Of a DNA stretch of 64,000 nucleotides, positions 26,407 through 40,800 are shown one piece after another. A program made the translations under genes and the position numbers. Within the stretch, counting starts at the first letter, position 1. Every line of letters starts with the position of its first letter. This DNA comes from Obrimoposthia wandeli (lineage: Eukaryota), in NCBI GenBank assembly GCA_977020255.1, contig CDROCS010003291.1:62001-126000 (forward strand), written 5' to 3'. The notes under the pieces were generated by a model. The model had not been told where the DNA came from. It worked only from the letters and a program-made list of their open reading frames with translations, and did not search any database.

Positions 26407-27242
26407 TTTTAAAGATTAAGAAGAAACATAACCATATCGAAGGTCTCATTACTCATGAAATTCATGTCATACTTGCAAGCTACAATAAACGTAACTGAGA
26501 CGTTTTTATCATTAACTTAAAGAACGTTAGCAAGAGATTTCTAGAAGTAATATATACAAAGTTTTACATTTACTGTTCTAGGAATAATCAATGTCTTTAT
26601 TCCCTAGAAAATCTTTGCCTGTGGAACAAGATCGTTAGAAACGTGGAAAGTAACAACAAAACTGCACATTTCTGTATGTTAATTTAATGTAAATATGTGT
26701 ATATAATATCACAATTGTTTACAATTTAAAGTGAGCCTTCGTTGAATTGAATGCAATAGTTGAGTTGAATATATAAGAAATCAAAATGATATATAAAATT
26801 TGTTAATACTGTACAACGAAAAAGTTTAACTCTATAATGTCATCCATGCGTAACGATTCCAAAGTGGATATCCTCCCGAGTGTTGGTTTAAATATATAAG
26901 CAAGGTCAACGTCTGCGTGTTCGAAAAGTGTTGATAAATAATGTTTGAAGTTTAAACTAGGAATGTACTTATTGCATAGTTCAAAAACTAACTTATACGC
27001 GTAACCAAGTGGCGTGTGTGTGTCTATAAATTGTTTGCCATGAAGCGTATAGACCACCCCATTAAGGCATAAATATTCATTAGCAGAAAGCGATTCCAGT
27101 ATTTATCAACTTGATCTGTGATGGTTCAGGCTTGTGTGTGTCAACTACAGCTGATTTCAGACATCATTGTGGCGGGCTCACGAAGCATTGTTGAAATTTG
27201 TCAATTAGTCCATCTGGTCTCTCTCCCATTTCTCTAGCTTTA

Positions 27243-27350
27243 ATCCCCGGACCGGGAGAAAACCCCCAATCCATTGTGTATTGTCCATTACTGACCTAAC
27301 CTAATTTTAGTCCAGGGAACAGCCAATTACCGGTCGGGGATTTGATATTT
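27243..27350. mobile_element. MITE-like element
   Basis: Inverted ends ATCCCCG(G)ACCGG / CCGGTCGGGGAT around a core containing CCTAACCTAA. Confidence 0.45.
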
Positions 27351-30348
27351 GCATTTGCAAACTTTATGGCGCATTGCAATTGACTTCACATTCTACCATA
27401 ATAACCATTTTTAATACAACATCCAATCATCACATCTTGAAAACTAAACATTCTACTTTTAAGCGGATTTCATTGTGAAAATTGATATCAAAAAGTATCT
27501 TACATTCAGTTTTACTTTTATTCACAAAAAAAGTCATTTATGATTGTTAATTTACCATTTAACCGTTATTTTTGAAATGTATCGTATTATGAATAATAAC
27601 CATTTTTGGTACTTTTGCGACTTCAGTTTTAAAAAGACAATAAATATAAAAAATAAAGATGTAAAAATTGATGTTAGTTGGGACAAAATTATTTTCAAAT
27701 AGGTTCATAATGTTAAACGGAAATTATACATCATCATTATAAAGATCCACTGATATTTCATTCAATAGATTACATATCAAATACTTTTACTTATTAAATT
27801 GTTATGAAATGATGTAAATAAATTGAAAAATAATTTAAATATATTATATTTCAAATTTATTTAAAAACAGTGTTATTAATTATTACTAATATTCATAATA
27901 AGGCATATGACTAATTTTAATATATCTTGTTCTTTAATGATATATTTCAAATAATTAGTGAATTTACTTTGTAGAAAAATATCAGAAATAATATAATTAA
28001 TTAGTTTAACTTAATTGTATTTATGGATGAATATAATTTATTTTTAAAAATGGTATATACGACAATAATTGTCAATTGGAATTCTTATGAAACTATATTT
28101 GAAATATTAGAAAGTTCAATTTAATTAATAAAAATGATATAAAAAAATTACAATTTTATTTTTTAAACTTAATATAGATGGGCCAATAAATTTCTTATAA
28201 AGTTAAATATTTTTTTTCTATGATATCAGAATAAATTGATCATTTCAATTCAAAAACATTTCCTTGTAAATTGTTACTTTATGAAAGAAAAATAAGTAAA
28301 ATTAGATAACATTTATCAAGGGAAACAACTACACTATTTATAAATAATATTGTCTCTTTTAGACTTGACTTCCTCAACTTATTATTGCACAATCTTCCAC
28401 AATTACATCTAACCATACAACTAATTAGGAACAAAGCAGTGAGTAAATACACACCTGAGCTAGCAATATAGAGTATAGAGCATAAAATATTTTTAGACTT
28501 AAAAATGTTTTGTTTTAAATCAAATTCATATTTGTATAAATGTTTATAAATTTATATTCCAAGTTCAATCATTTCGAGAAGAAATAACGACAAAAGAAGA
28601 CAGGAAATTCAAAGATCTAAACTGTCCGGGTGTATGTATACAAGCTTTGCAAGAGTTTGTCGTTAACAGTAAAAAAGTTTAATAATATTGAAGAATTGAA
28701 AAGACAGATAAAGATGTTCCGGTTTAAAAAATACTAAAGGTAACTGATCAAAATTTATTTGTAGCACACATTTGAATAGTAATTCAAAGATTTAAGAAAT
28801 TGGCACTATTTTAAATTTATGTTATGCTACTTATACTAATTTTATAACAACTAAAACGAATCAATTTCGTTTCCTATTCATCATTTAAATTGTGTGCAAT
28901 TTTATTCATGTAAGAAGACTATTGAACATTTTTTATAAAATAAGGGAATAATCTCAACTGGCAACATATGAATATTAAAATAATCCGTTTTAATTTATCA
29001 TTCATAACGTTTTATTGACACATGAAAAAAACTGAGCTTTTTTTTTGAACAGAACAATCAAATTAAACTGTTTTAAAAGCTCTTAAATAGTCAAAATTTC
29101 TAACGAAACTGGAGTAGAAAGAACTATTTTCTAGAGTCATGTATTTTAATTTCCTATTTTTTTATATAAATTAAACTAATGTTAATAATAATAAAGCGTT
29201 TAAATTATTTTGAAGTTCAGATTAATTTTTGAAGCGTTTTTATTTTACAAATATTATGACTTTCAACATAGTTATATTTATAAGTTAAATATAAAAGGTT
29301 ATAAGTTTTAATCAAAGTTTTATTTGACCTATTTGAAACCACATTTTTAAAATAACTTTAATGAGCATATAATTTAAAGTAGTTATAATTTAAAACAAAG
29401 CTTTTAATCCTTTTCATTACTTATTTCTCTTTTAATATATATATTTAGCTAATATTATACTATCTTTGTCCATTTAATAGTATTAACTTAAAAGCGATTT
29501 TTAATAAGATTGTCATTATTCCCTTAATTTAACTCAAAATATCTTTCTTTATGTAGTCAGAGCAGAATTCATATAATCAATAATCTGCAGTCTATATAAA
29601 AAGATAATTCGAGTATCAGGTGGTCAACTGAGAAACCATAAAACGCTCACAAGTCGGTCCCTACTTTACGACACTGTCATAATATGTCATATCGTACTGT
29701 TTATGGAGCTTGGATTCACCATTTCATTTTTATTATTAATTTAAAATATTAAATAAACACTGACTGATTTAAGAGCAAATAATGAAGTAGTACAAATGAA
29801 TATTTTCCCCTCAATCTCTTCTCATGTGTCCTCGAAGCCCACAAAGTCGCACTAAGTGATGCCAATATTGACAGAGGCAATGGATTTATCGGCGATTTCT
29901 ATTCCTACTAATGATAAGTCCCAGTTTGGTTGTTTATGTGGATCTCCCTGTGGTACAGTATCCGGCTAATAGAACAGGGATGCGACAGTCACTTCCAAGA
30001 GCAGTTAGTTTTACTTGTGCGCTGGAAAACAGATAAATTGAAACTTCTAATGGTAGCTGGATCAACGTTTTATGGACACGTTTTGTATCAGATTAGATAG
30101 CTGTGTACTCTGGATTTTCTGTTTTAAAGCGAGTTTAACTTGATTGATAAAACATACGTACAATTCGTGATATTGTTCAATTGTATCGTTCAATAATATA
30201 GTATGAAACAATTTATTTTACTTTATGAGATATATGCTTATTAAATTACAGTAGTAAATGGTTTTAAAATGTCAAATAATTCCTTGGCTTCGAAAATAAA
30301 TATTAAATACTTTTACTGACATACAAAATAGCTTGCAACATAAAGGTA

Positions 30349-30668
30349 CAATTTAACTTAATAATAAAACCCTTTTAAATTATATTTTAAAAGTATTTTA
30401 CAATTTAAGAATCCACTGATTAATTAGAAAGTGATTTGTTAGTTCATTATATTTTTGTTTGTATTTATTTCAGTTTCATTGTATTTCTTAACTATATAAT
30501 TAATTTAATTAACTATTCAATTTAACTTAATAATAAAACCCTTTTAAATTATATTTTAAAACTATTTTACAATTTAAGAATCCACTGATTAATTAGAAAG
30601 TGATTTGTTAGTTCATTATATTTTTGTTTGTATTTATTTCAGTTTCATTGTATTTGTTAACTATATAA
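30349..30668 (+). repeat. Recent direct duplication (~150 bp, period 169 bp)
   Basis: Near-identical copies starting CAATTTAACTTAATAATAAAACCC at 30349 and 30518. Confidence 0.92.
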
Positions 30669-32667
30669 ACTTTCAAATGATTAATGCAAATACGCAATGA
30701 CATTAATTTGACTGGAGAGTCTTGAGAGTTGTTAGGTTGTAGTTGACAATTAAAATCGACAGATTTGGTGGGTATGTAAGTCAATACGACAACGAGTCAC
30801 AGGATTTTGATTCGATAGAGTAAATCAATTAATTTTGGCAGGGAAATGTAAGAAAAACAAGTTTAAATAGTTTCAAATTTGCCTAATAAATTCGATACAA
30901 TGACAAAATTAACACATAATTAACTGTTATCTTTACATTTTTTACATAATGCTTGTTCCCATTAGTTTTTAGGAATTATTTATAAAAATGTTTATAAAAC
31001 ATTTATGTACAAATATTTATATCAAATAGCATGTTCAGGAAAGGATTTTTTTATACAAATTTATTTTTTAACATAACCTAATTTAAATGGAAGCTTCCAA
31101 TTTTTCTTATAGGATAAGCGAAACAACACTGCTTTTTATTCTATTTACTCGCTAAAGATGCAAACTCTGTTAACTATAAAAAAAGTAATAATTTTATTTT
31201 CCCCAATTATTATTTTAATATATATATATATATTAAATATAAATTAAAATATTGTCATCGATATTTCATGTTAAGAATAAATTCACAACCTTCTGTTTTA
31301 TTAAATTTTCGTTAAGTTCTGAATCCAGAAATTTACATTCCACACTAAATAAAATCGACCACCAATGGCAAATCGGCTGACAGTGAAGTGAAATATTCAA
31401 ACGAAAATTTTTTCACTACATCATTAAAAAACGATTTCTTTGTTTCATTGAAATAGAATGACAGGAAATTAAAAGAAATTATCTTCATCAATTTTATCTA
31501 AACAGTTCATCTCAGTCTCTTTCTTTCAGGCATGAATGGGTTTTCTTCTAATCATTGTCAATTGGCTTTGTGTCAAATCATTCTGAAAAGTAGACCTACC
31601 ATGTTACTCTGGATCTTCTAGAAGATATGTTACTTTCACTCCATTGAGTTCTGTGTCACTTTGTCAGTTGGCTAGTATACTTTGAAGTGTTTATTCTCCA
31701 ATTATTTCAACTGCTTACGAAACAGAGATGATCAGATTGAACAAAAACCGTTCATAATTATGGATACCACTGGACACCATATTTTCATTTCATAGAATTT
31801 TGATAATGAAGTCTTGATGTAATAATCGCATGCGTGAGCATTGTAGTTATCTCAGTAGCAAGGTATTTTCTTATTCGATAAACCCTTTGATACAACTGTT
31901 GCATGTTCTTATCACTTTATTATTTGACCATTGGTTGTGATGTTTTTATCGGGACACCACTAATGTTCTTTTTTATTAAAAATATTTTAATTGACACATA
32001 TGAAACTTTTTTCTTCTTTAATACGGTTTATATTATTCTTAGATTCGAAAATCGGTATTTGGATATCACTAGTCTTTAGATATAAAATGACCCACAAAAA
32101 CCTAATAGAATGAACATAAAAAGCTAACATAAAAAGCTAAGTACGATAAAAGCTACGTCCTACATTCGTTGGGAACAAGCATTTTCATTTAACTGAAACA
32201 GTATTTTCTGAAACGTTAATTTTGATACTTTAAGCAGTTTAATTGCATTTAATCTATTTGATGCTTTAGATACAGATAATCATGGCATTTCACTTGAGAT
32301 GTTGGAGAGGATTCATTCTTGCCATTATTGGAAAACTATATATTGAGAAATATTTTATCCCATCGGGATCACTTGAAATGATTGATCGGCCTGTAAATAT
32401 TTACTACATTTATTTTTTCGAATTTTTTTAATATCAGACTTTTTGGATTTTTAAATTAAACTGTTAAGTTAAAATAAAAAAAATCGATCATCGTTTCTAA
32501 ACATTAAATACGCACACAAACGCTGTTTTCCTCTTTCAGTAACCGATTATGTTGCGTAATGTGTACATTCAGTGAAATTGTCAATTCGATCTGGGACCAG
32601 TTGGGCATTAACATGGTTTCGATTGATTACATCTAATAGCCAGACATTTTGATGAGTACTGTTTGTG

Positions 32668-33200
32668 TGTAACAGATGTAGTAACGGGATATTGGGTTAC
32701 ACAGTATGTTAGTCACGAAGAACTATTTCATAGTTACTGTAAAGAAGAACAATATGATTATGTTAGTGAAGAATATGATGTAGAATTTGAAACCCTTGAA
32801 GCTAAAACCGGTTTTAGTTTAAATGAAGATATTGTGATGTGTGTTGTAATTAGAAATATTATTTTATGTTTATTTGAGTTGACTGTAAATTCAGGAGAAG
32901 CCGATTCGAGAGTTTGTGTTTGTGAGATGTTCTTAGTATTCTCGAGACCTCGCCACAGTCACTACAAAGCCAAGCCGCAGAGATTCAAGGATGGCCTGGA
33001 AGGGACAAAGACTCAACGAGTGACAGTTGATGAGTTTCATGTGACATTGATGCATTAGTTGGCTGCTGAATTATGCATCTATAAGATCGACTTTTCCGCC
33101 GCTCCTTGCTGGCCAATGATGCATCGAGATTCTCAGATACTCATCTACGAATTCAAGGCTGAATATTTGTATCAGTCATTTCACACAAAAATCACTGCCA
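32668..33200 (-). mobile_element. Possible LTR relic (different subfamily)
   Basis: Minus strand has an aaataaac..tttcta..aca poly(A) context followed by a CA-rich U5-like tract ending GTTACA. Boundaries are uncertain. Confidence 0.3.
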
Positions 33201-33839
33201 AAACCAAAATAAAAAGGTATATGTATTTGATCGTGATAAAATTATTTTTTAATTGTTCAGTTTAGAATGATGTGGAATCTTGATTTAATGCTTATGATAA
33301 GCAGATAGAAGATAAAATTAAGTGACCAAAAAGAGAGAAATCTGTAGTTACACTTTTGGGAATGACTTATATTACATCCAGGGCGATGTTTCACGCATAA
33401 TTCCTGTCAAGAATACATTTAGGAATATCAAAGGGGAAGAACTTGAATGTTTGTTCATCCTCCATCGCCAGTTCTGCCTACCAATAATGGCCGACTAGCC
33501 ATTCGTAATAAATCAATGAAGAAAGTACACATATTGTATTCATTTAAAATTCGAGAATAAGTTGAGGACGTTACATCTTCGGTGCTTCTAATTATCCACT
33601 CCAAAAGATACAAATACACTCCAAATGTCAGTTACTTCGAGCTAAATTTCGGTGTTGCTTTCAATAGATAGAGATAATTTTGTTTATTCAATATTTTTAT
33701 AATCACACTTTTTGAAATACCTATTAATTCGGGTTTACTTTTATTGTCAAGATCATATAATATTATAGATATAAAAATAAAATTAAAAATTATACATAGA
33801 CACATATATACTTCGATGTAGTTGTACAATTACTCCATT

Positions 33840-34150
33840 CCGTGTTCCTGTGTTTTTCGGTTCTGTATCTGAAATAACTATATCTGGTTCTATATCAAAT
33901 TTGTTAAAGTCTCAAGTAATAAGTTATTGTACCTGAATTGTCATTTTGGTACTTCTTTTAAAGTTAACTTATCGCCGTACGCAATGGCGACCAATTTATG
34001 ATTACGACTATATAAATTTATGTACGTCTTTCCATCGAAAATGAGTATATTATTAGTATTACTTGACAGTGTATTGAAACTAGAAGATGATGCTAAATGA
34101 TTTGATGCTTTGTCAGGGCACTCCAACTTGGTGATAAATCAAATTGATCT
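33840..34150 (-). mobile_element. Possible MULE transposase relic
   Basis: ILIFDGKTYINLY...LVAIAY...E...Y..LL resembles the first catalytic-D region of MULE DDE transposases. Confidence 0.35.
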
Positions 34151-37100
34151 TTACAATTTTCAAATAAAACATTTGATACCTATATTGTCTGTGAAAGCGA
34201 CAAATTAGCACAACGAAGTTTTTTGATACCGACATTTTATTTATAGAGATACTATAATGTGTAATACACATTGTGTATCATCATCATTTTTATTACTAGA
34301 TCCCTTGTCAGGAAAGATTAAATATAATTGTCAATTGTTATCGCTTTTACTTTTCATGGATGCTCTTTAAAGTTGACAGTTGATGTAGAACAATATCCAA
34401 TACCGTTTAGTCGCTTAAGATAAATAACACGATCTACTGGGGTTTTGAACTGTTTCTGGTGTTGTTCGTATAACGTCTATCCTATCTTTTTTCTTTGTCA
34501 TCGCTTTTTTATTCTTTTGTTAATAGCGTTACATGATTGAACTGGCATGTCTTGTATTTTCCAACATTATTCAATCTCTTTAGACAGCATAATATTTTTT
34601 TTATTTGACAAAATTCCGTTGTGAATCTGTTGTAAGACCTTGACTCGTTCTAGCACCGGTTTCTTTGTATTTATCGGAATTATTAATAATAAAAAAAATC
34701 AAAGTTTTCACAAATATTATTAATGCATACTTCTTTTATTCCTCAAAGCTCGTATAACACCATTGGCTCCAGTTTCAAATTCGACAATAAACACAGCTAT
34801 TAATTAATATAACATACATGAAGTATTGTTTAAAACAATTTATTGAAATCAGGGTTTGTTTGACATTTTCGTTATTTAAGAGCATTTAAATCGAATTCAT
34901 TTTATCATTTAATTCAAAGTTTTTCGGTTTTCTCAGGTTTTTTGCAGTGGAAAAATGCATTTAACAGAACTTACTCAACCAAGTCCAAAACACGACAATC
35001 GTAATTATTTGGAAATATATTGGCAAAGCAGTAAAAGCAATTTTAAAAAGTACGACATCATACCGCAGTGCATCATAATAAAATTGTAAGTTTATGAGTA
35101 TCAATTTAAAATTTTCAATTTAATTTAATATCTTGCAGTTTGGTCGTAAATAAAATTCCAAAAACCTCCTTTAGTATACCAGTCCATAGCTGATGGCCAT
35201 GTCTTGTTTCTGCCCAACAACGTCTTCCAGAAAGGTGGGGCTTGTATGGCTGAGTAGCTACATTACAATAATCATCGTGTTCCCAATAAAGAAAGACGTG
35301 GACTACTGTAGCCTCTTATGAATTATTTATCAAATCATTTGTCTTGTGGCCTAATTCTCGATTCTAGAATAATTGATTAGCTCAATTGAGCTAATTTCCC
35401 TTTGCTTTCTCCTTCATCGAAGAAAAGCTGTAGGGAGAATCAGAAAATTTTATCAATCTTTTTTCTAATTATTTTTCATATTTATTTATGATCTTATTTT
35501 TCTCTGTTTCTCAGTCGAAAATTCTCCATGTTTACTGTGCAGAGACTATTTCTGGATAAAGACGTCTGTACACGTGTATATCAGACTTCATGAGATTTTT
35601 CCATACACACACTGAATTTTACACAAAAAGTCAGCTTATAGTAGAAATAATTAGAATTCAACTTAAATATTAAAAAGCGAATAATTGTTATGGATGGCGT
35701 TGTACAAGGGGCATTTTTAATCTGGGCAAATTTAACATTTAATAACCGAAATGTCAAAATATCCCTAATTGTTTTCCAGGTCCATTTCAGACCATCAAGG
35801 GATGAGAATCTTTTCGTTGGAATAAAGATCTTATCTTTGAGAGATCTCATAATCCCAACGGATCTAATACAATGAATTTTCAAATAAATATAACAGCCAT
35901 ATCAAAAAGAAATATATAATAAAAAATAATTTACTATACAATGTTACAGATGCGATTATTACATCGAGACTAGTTTTTCCAGTGTATTTATACAATTAAA
36001 TACGAAGCCGCAAGAATTATTTTCAAATTAAAGAAAAATACTTAAACAAATGAGCATATAATGAAAATACATTATATATCGATCAATGGCTGAATTGGAT
36101 TTAAAATTCTACTTATCAAACATGCATTATCTCACAAAAATATTTGTATATGGTCTCCTTGAACCGGGTTATGACTAAAACAGTTTTTTTAAATAGCAGG
36201 TATGTGTATCAGAGGAGAATTTTTAAGCTGAATACGAATATCACATTCTTTTAAAGCATTTCGATAAAAACGTTCCACGCAGGTTCATTTAAATAAATTA
36301 ATTTTTAAATAATTCTATAATCTAATCAATACTATTATACCATGAATGACAAAATCAGAAATATTAAAGCACAGCAAAGAAAGGTAAAAGAAAATAATTT
36401 ATATTCCCAATATGTCAAGATTTATCAGATTTCAACAAGATGGCAAATAATAAATTAATAATGAATCGTTTTGCTGATCTATTTGATATTGAAAATAATT
36501 GAAGAACAAGAATTTCAATCGTTTCAAAATACGTTACAAATCTATAGAATGTAATTCGTTTTCTCGTGATCACACTCCCATCCAATACAGAAAGAGTAAT
36601 TAAATTAATTTATATATAATCTTACAACTGAGAAATGGACAAACTTTAATAGTTAAAAAAACTATGCATAAAAATCTTTTTAAAAATAATTATTCGTATG
36701 CTTGCCAGCAGACTATTAATTTGTTATATAATTTTTTAATACAATTCATAAAGTGTTAATTCAGAGGTTAATAAGACCTCAAACAACAAACAGAGTGAGG
36801 GAATATTTAAAATTTATGCTCCAAATCTTTACAACAGTCTACCGATGAATATATGAACTGTAAAAATGTAAAAAAAATCAAAATGTACCCTAAGACTTTT
36901 CTATTCAGAAAACAGGAGAAGAAAATGGGAAACAAGGAAGTGCTCTTTATTAATAAATCACAGATTTATTAGATATTATCGCTATATTATTGTTATAAAA
37001 ATTCTGTAAATCTCTACCTAACTTTGAAAAAGTGTATTGTAATACTCATGGGAAAATACTGAGGAAAATTAATCTGCAATGATATATGTAATCACGTCAT

Positions 37101-37473
37101 TCTTTAGTTGTCAATAAGTCATATTAGTTAGATCATCTTTCAACAGGGCGGAGCACCAATTCTTTCAATCAAGTCAAAAAATGTCTTTTGGTAACAAATG
37201 AATTATTGGTCAGGGTTATGACAATCACCGACATACACGATCATCGAACCTGACTCATATTGACTTTTACGTTTGAGGCACATTGAAGTTACGTATGTAT
37301 TGGAGGTGGAAGCCGAGCACAATAGGATAAGATGTATCATAAGTCAAACGTATCAGAGTAAATTACACTAATTGTGATGTTCTGATCAGTCGGACTGACA
37401 AAATGAATTAATTTAATTTAAAATATATCTAATAGTCAGATTTTGGAGTTTACAACTGCAGGTTGTTTCAAAC

Positions 37474-37845
37474 CTGTTGCACGAAGGCGGCAATGGAGAA
37501 CCAGACGCAGTTGAAGAAGGTGAAGTCGCGCGTGACAGCAGCAGAATGGCCTGCAGATGGACCCGATGTCGAGGAGAAATGCTCATTGGCGGGTTGGCCG
37601 GAAGAGGCGGCTGAGTTGGCGCAAGTGCTGCCAGTCGTATCAGCAGCGGTACTCCACTCATAGGGACTGAGACGCGCGATTACGTAGAGGCCGCAGCTGA
37701 CGACGAGACAGGCTGCGATGTAGCAACTCCAAACGGGATATGAGAGTGGCCTCAGGAAGCTGAAGATCCCCCCCTTTTTGGGACCCGGTTTCTTGATCAT
37801 TACGCTGAGACCGAACATCACAAATGGCTCTGAGAAGTGCACTAC
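37474..37845 (-). CDS. iGluR exon (S1 end, M1, intracellular loop, M2 up to the Q/R site, 124 codons)
   Basis: Acceptor ctctcag|GTA, donor CAG|gtttga. Encodes FSEPFVMFGLSVMIKKP, the hydrophobic M1, RLSPYEW and FNCVWFSIAAFVQQ. Confidence 0.93.
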
Positions 37846-40800
37846 CTGAGAGTGCATGATATCGTCAGAGCACACATTTCCTCTAATCATTTCGTACCAA
37901 TATGAAATTAATTAAAATATAAAAACAAAAATTTCTCTAAAATATGAATAAATTTTTACTAAATATTGCTTCAAGGGAGGCCTGCAACTTTAACGCTCGG
38001 AATTGAATAAAACTTTGAGTATAGATAGATAAAAGTAAAATATTATAATTTCTCGAGACTTTACCGTGAAAGCTCAAAAGAAGTCTGTATTTCAATAAAT
38101 GAAACGCTAGGAAATCGTTTGGACTAAATATAATTATTTAATTGAAAAGAAAAGAAATGATAAATTATTTTAAGTATAATAATTCTGAAGTATATATTAG
38201 AATATATAATTTAACTTGTAACTTATGAAAAATCTAATATTTATAGAAAATTAAATTCATCTTATTACACAATTTATAATAAAATATAAAAACTTTGTTT
38301 TAAATTTGCTCTAAATGACAAAAATTAGAAAATGTCTTTGTCAGAATTTAAGATTTTCAAAAGTTAAAAGTTTAACGCTCTTATACTGAATTTAAAATCC
38401 AAATAAAATAAAGTGAAACTACAAAAATTCTAAAGGAATCCTGTTTTAATATTTCACAAACAACATGGGGGAGGACCTCCAATAGATTGGCATATAAATG
38501 TAGTTGTAAGAAATAATATGAAACATTCCGAAAAGTACAAAATAATTCTTAATTGGAAGAGTTTGTCTAAGACCATCTTCAGTTATGAAAAGATCCTATA
38601 ACTCGATTGTTTAGATTGTTAGTACACCTATACAATCAATAAAGAAAGATTAACGAGAGAGTTCAGACAGTGTAGTAGGGAAGGTGATTTTGTATGGATT
38701 ATTTCTCTTTCAAGAGGCTTTTATCCCATAAACTTATTAAAAAAAATTATATCAGAAATTAGTTTGAATTGACTCAGTGAATCAGTTGTTACATTTATGG
38801 AAATTAATTAATTATAAGTATGAAATATAAAGAGTAAACTGCTCCAAAACACAAGTGAAATATTATGTAAGATATTTCCATACCAAGTGAAATTAACATC
38901 GTAAAATATATTGGGATGCTTAAATCGTGCAAAATGGACCACACAATCATAACACAATGTGTGATCAAAGATAAAAACAATTTAAATTTAATGTCACAAG
39001 CGCTATGCTTTGTACTATGTTTCTTCACGTATTGGAAGGTAGTAAAATGTTGGCTTAAAATTATTTAAAAAAAAAGATTTTCAATATACATTTTTCTATA
39101 ATTCAATCCTTTGTAATTTAAAAAAGACTGTCTGAATTTTTTAATGTCTTTGTGTTCAAGTTTATACTATTTTTGAAGTGAAGTTAATAAAATATATACG
39201 TTTAATAAATTAACGTTTGAAATAAACTTCAGTATCATATACGTATAAATGAAAAAACAAAAGTACTTTAATTCCGAGAAATATTCTTAAAGTAAAGATA
39301 TGTGGTGTGTAAAAATACGAAAAGAAGTTTAACTATCGGTTGCAAATTGAAGTTATTGGAGATTGTTAAATTCAAGGTGAAACCAAATTTACAATTTATA
39401 GGGATTAATGATTGAAACTAAAAAAAATCTTCATAGTAGTTATTTTATGTGTCAAGAATTTAAAAAAAGTAAATTTACTATAAGCTAACCTGATATTTAT
39501 GATTTGCTTCATAATCGTTTAAAAGTGTACAAAAACACTTAGGTCATGCGAGGGGTTTTTTAGAAAGTTTTCCTATAAGTAAATTTAAAATTTTAAACAC
39601 GGGGTCATTGTTAATTAACTAAAATATTTGGAGGACGCCATTAACAATCAACGCTCAATTGTTTACTTTCTTCACAATTATTGCATTGTCACTGCTAAAT
39701 AACCTGCAGACTTGAAGCTGTATTTGGAGAGAAGGCAATAAAGAGAACCGCGGTCTATGACTGGGTGAGCCGAATAAAGGAAGGGTGTGAACCTTCATCG
39801 TCTTTGACAAATCGAAATGTTGAATCAGTCAAGGCTATGGAGGATGACAGAACATAGTTGTGAAACAGGCCTTGGTGTTGCAACAGTACACAAGATTTTA
39901 TACGAATATCTCGTGATGGGCAAATTAACTGATAACTACGGATGGAACCTGGCTGCTATATTACAATCCCAGGCCAAAAGACAAGTTACAGATGGCTTCG
40001 AAATGGAGACTCTGCCCTTGTCAAGATTATGGAAGTACCAAGTGCTGGGAAAGTAATAATATCAGTGTTTTGCGACTATTCTATCTACCAATGTAAGCTT
40101 TTAGGAGAGGTCCTAAGAAGACGATATGTGGAAAGCCTTCATACATCCCAATACTGAACAATGAACAGTAGCGTCTGTGGGAAGGAATATTGTCTCATCC
40201 TGCGTATTCCCCTGACTTAGTACTTTTTTCTCATTTGAAATATCCACTGTGAGAAATACGTTTTCCAGATCCGTAGAGGTTTGACGGAGATTTGCAAACT
40301 CCCGCACGAAGGTGTGAAAACTTTGAGGTATGTAAAGTGAATACATTGAACAGTTTACTCTTATAGACTTTTAACATAATATATTTTCAATGGGATTTTA
40401 CTATTAATAATACATTGCAATATTTAGAGTGGATACATAATTCTGTAATATAATACAGATTTTATTAATACCAGAAACTAAATTAGACGATTAAATATAA
40501 GTAAATTAGAGAGATCTAGAAAGATAATTCGGACATTTATTTACTGTACATGTTCTGAGACTGTTTTAAAATCTGACACGTGTTGTAGTCATTCACACAA
40601 AGATTAAGTTTGTATGATAAGAAACTGAATCACTAGTTGGTAAGTAGTCTAAAAGAAATTGAATAGAAATGCTTCCATAAGACTTATTTTCAATATGAAT
40701 TTTCCTGATTTTAATATTGTGACTTTTTACTGATTAATGTTTTCTAATTAAATACTGTAAAATTTCTTTATATACACTCAAGATACTAAAATATTTGAGG

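Noticed and set aside
31360-31400. Candidate iGluR M3 exon (TGGTGG on the minus strand)
   Set aside because: The surrounding translation does not give WWFF or SYTANL.
32663-33058. 131-aa acidic ORF
   Set aside because: Non-ATG start and no motif; the composition is better explained as the antisense of a CA-rich LTR U5-like tract.
37413-37663. ORFs 37413-37661 (-) and 37463-37663 (+)
   Set aside because: Alternative-frame or antisense shadows of the GC-rich iGluR exon.
38018-38030. Left Polinton terminus (AGTATAGATAGAT)
   Set aside because: Only a loose match to AGTAGATAGATG; adjacent TIR sequence does not match and there is no 6-bp TSD matching AATGTA.
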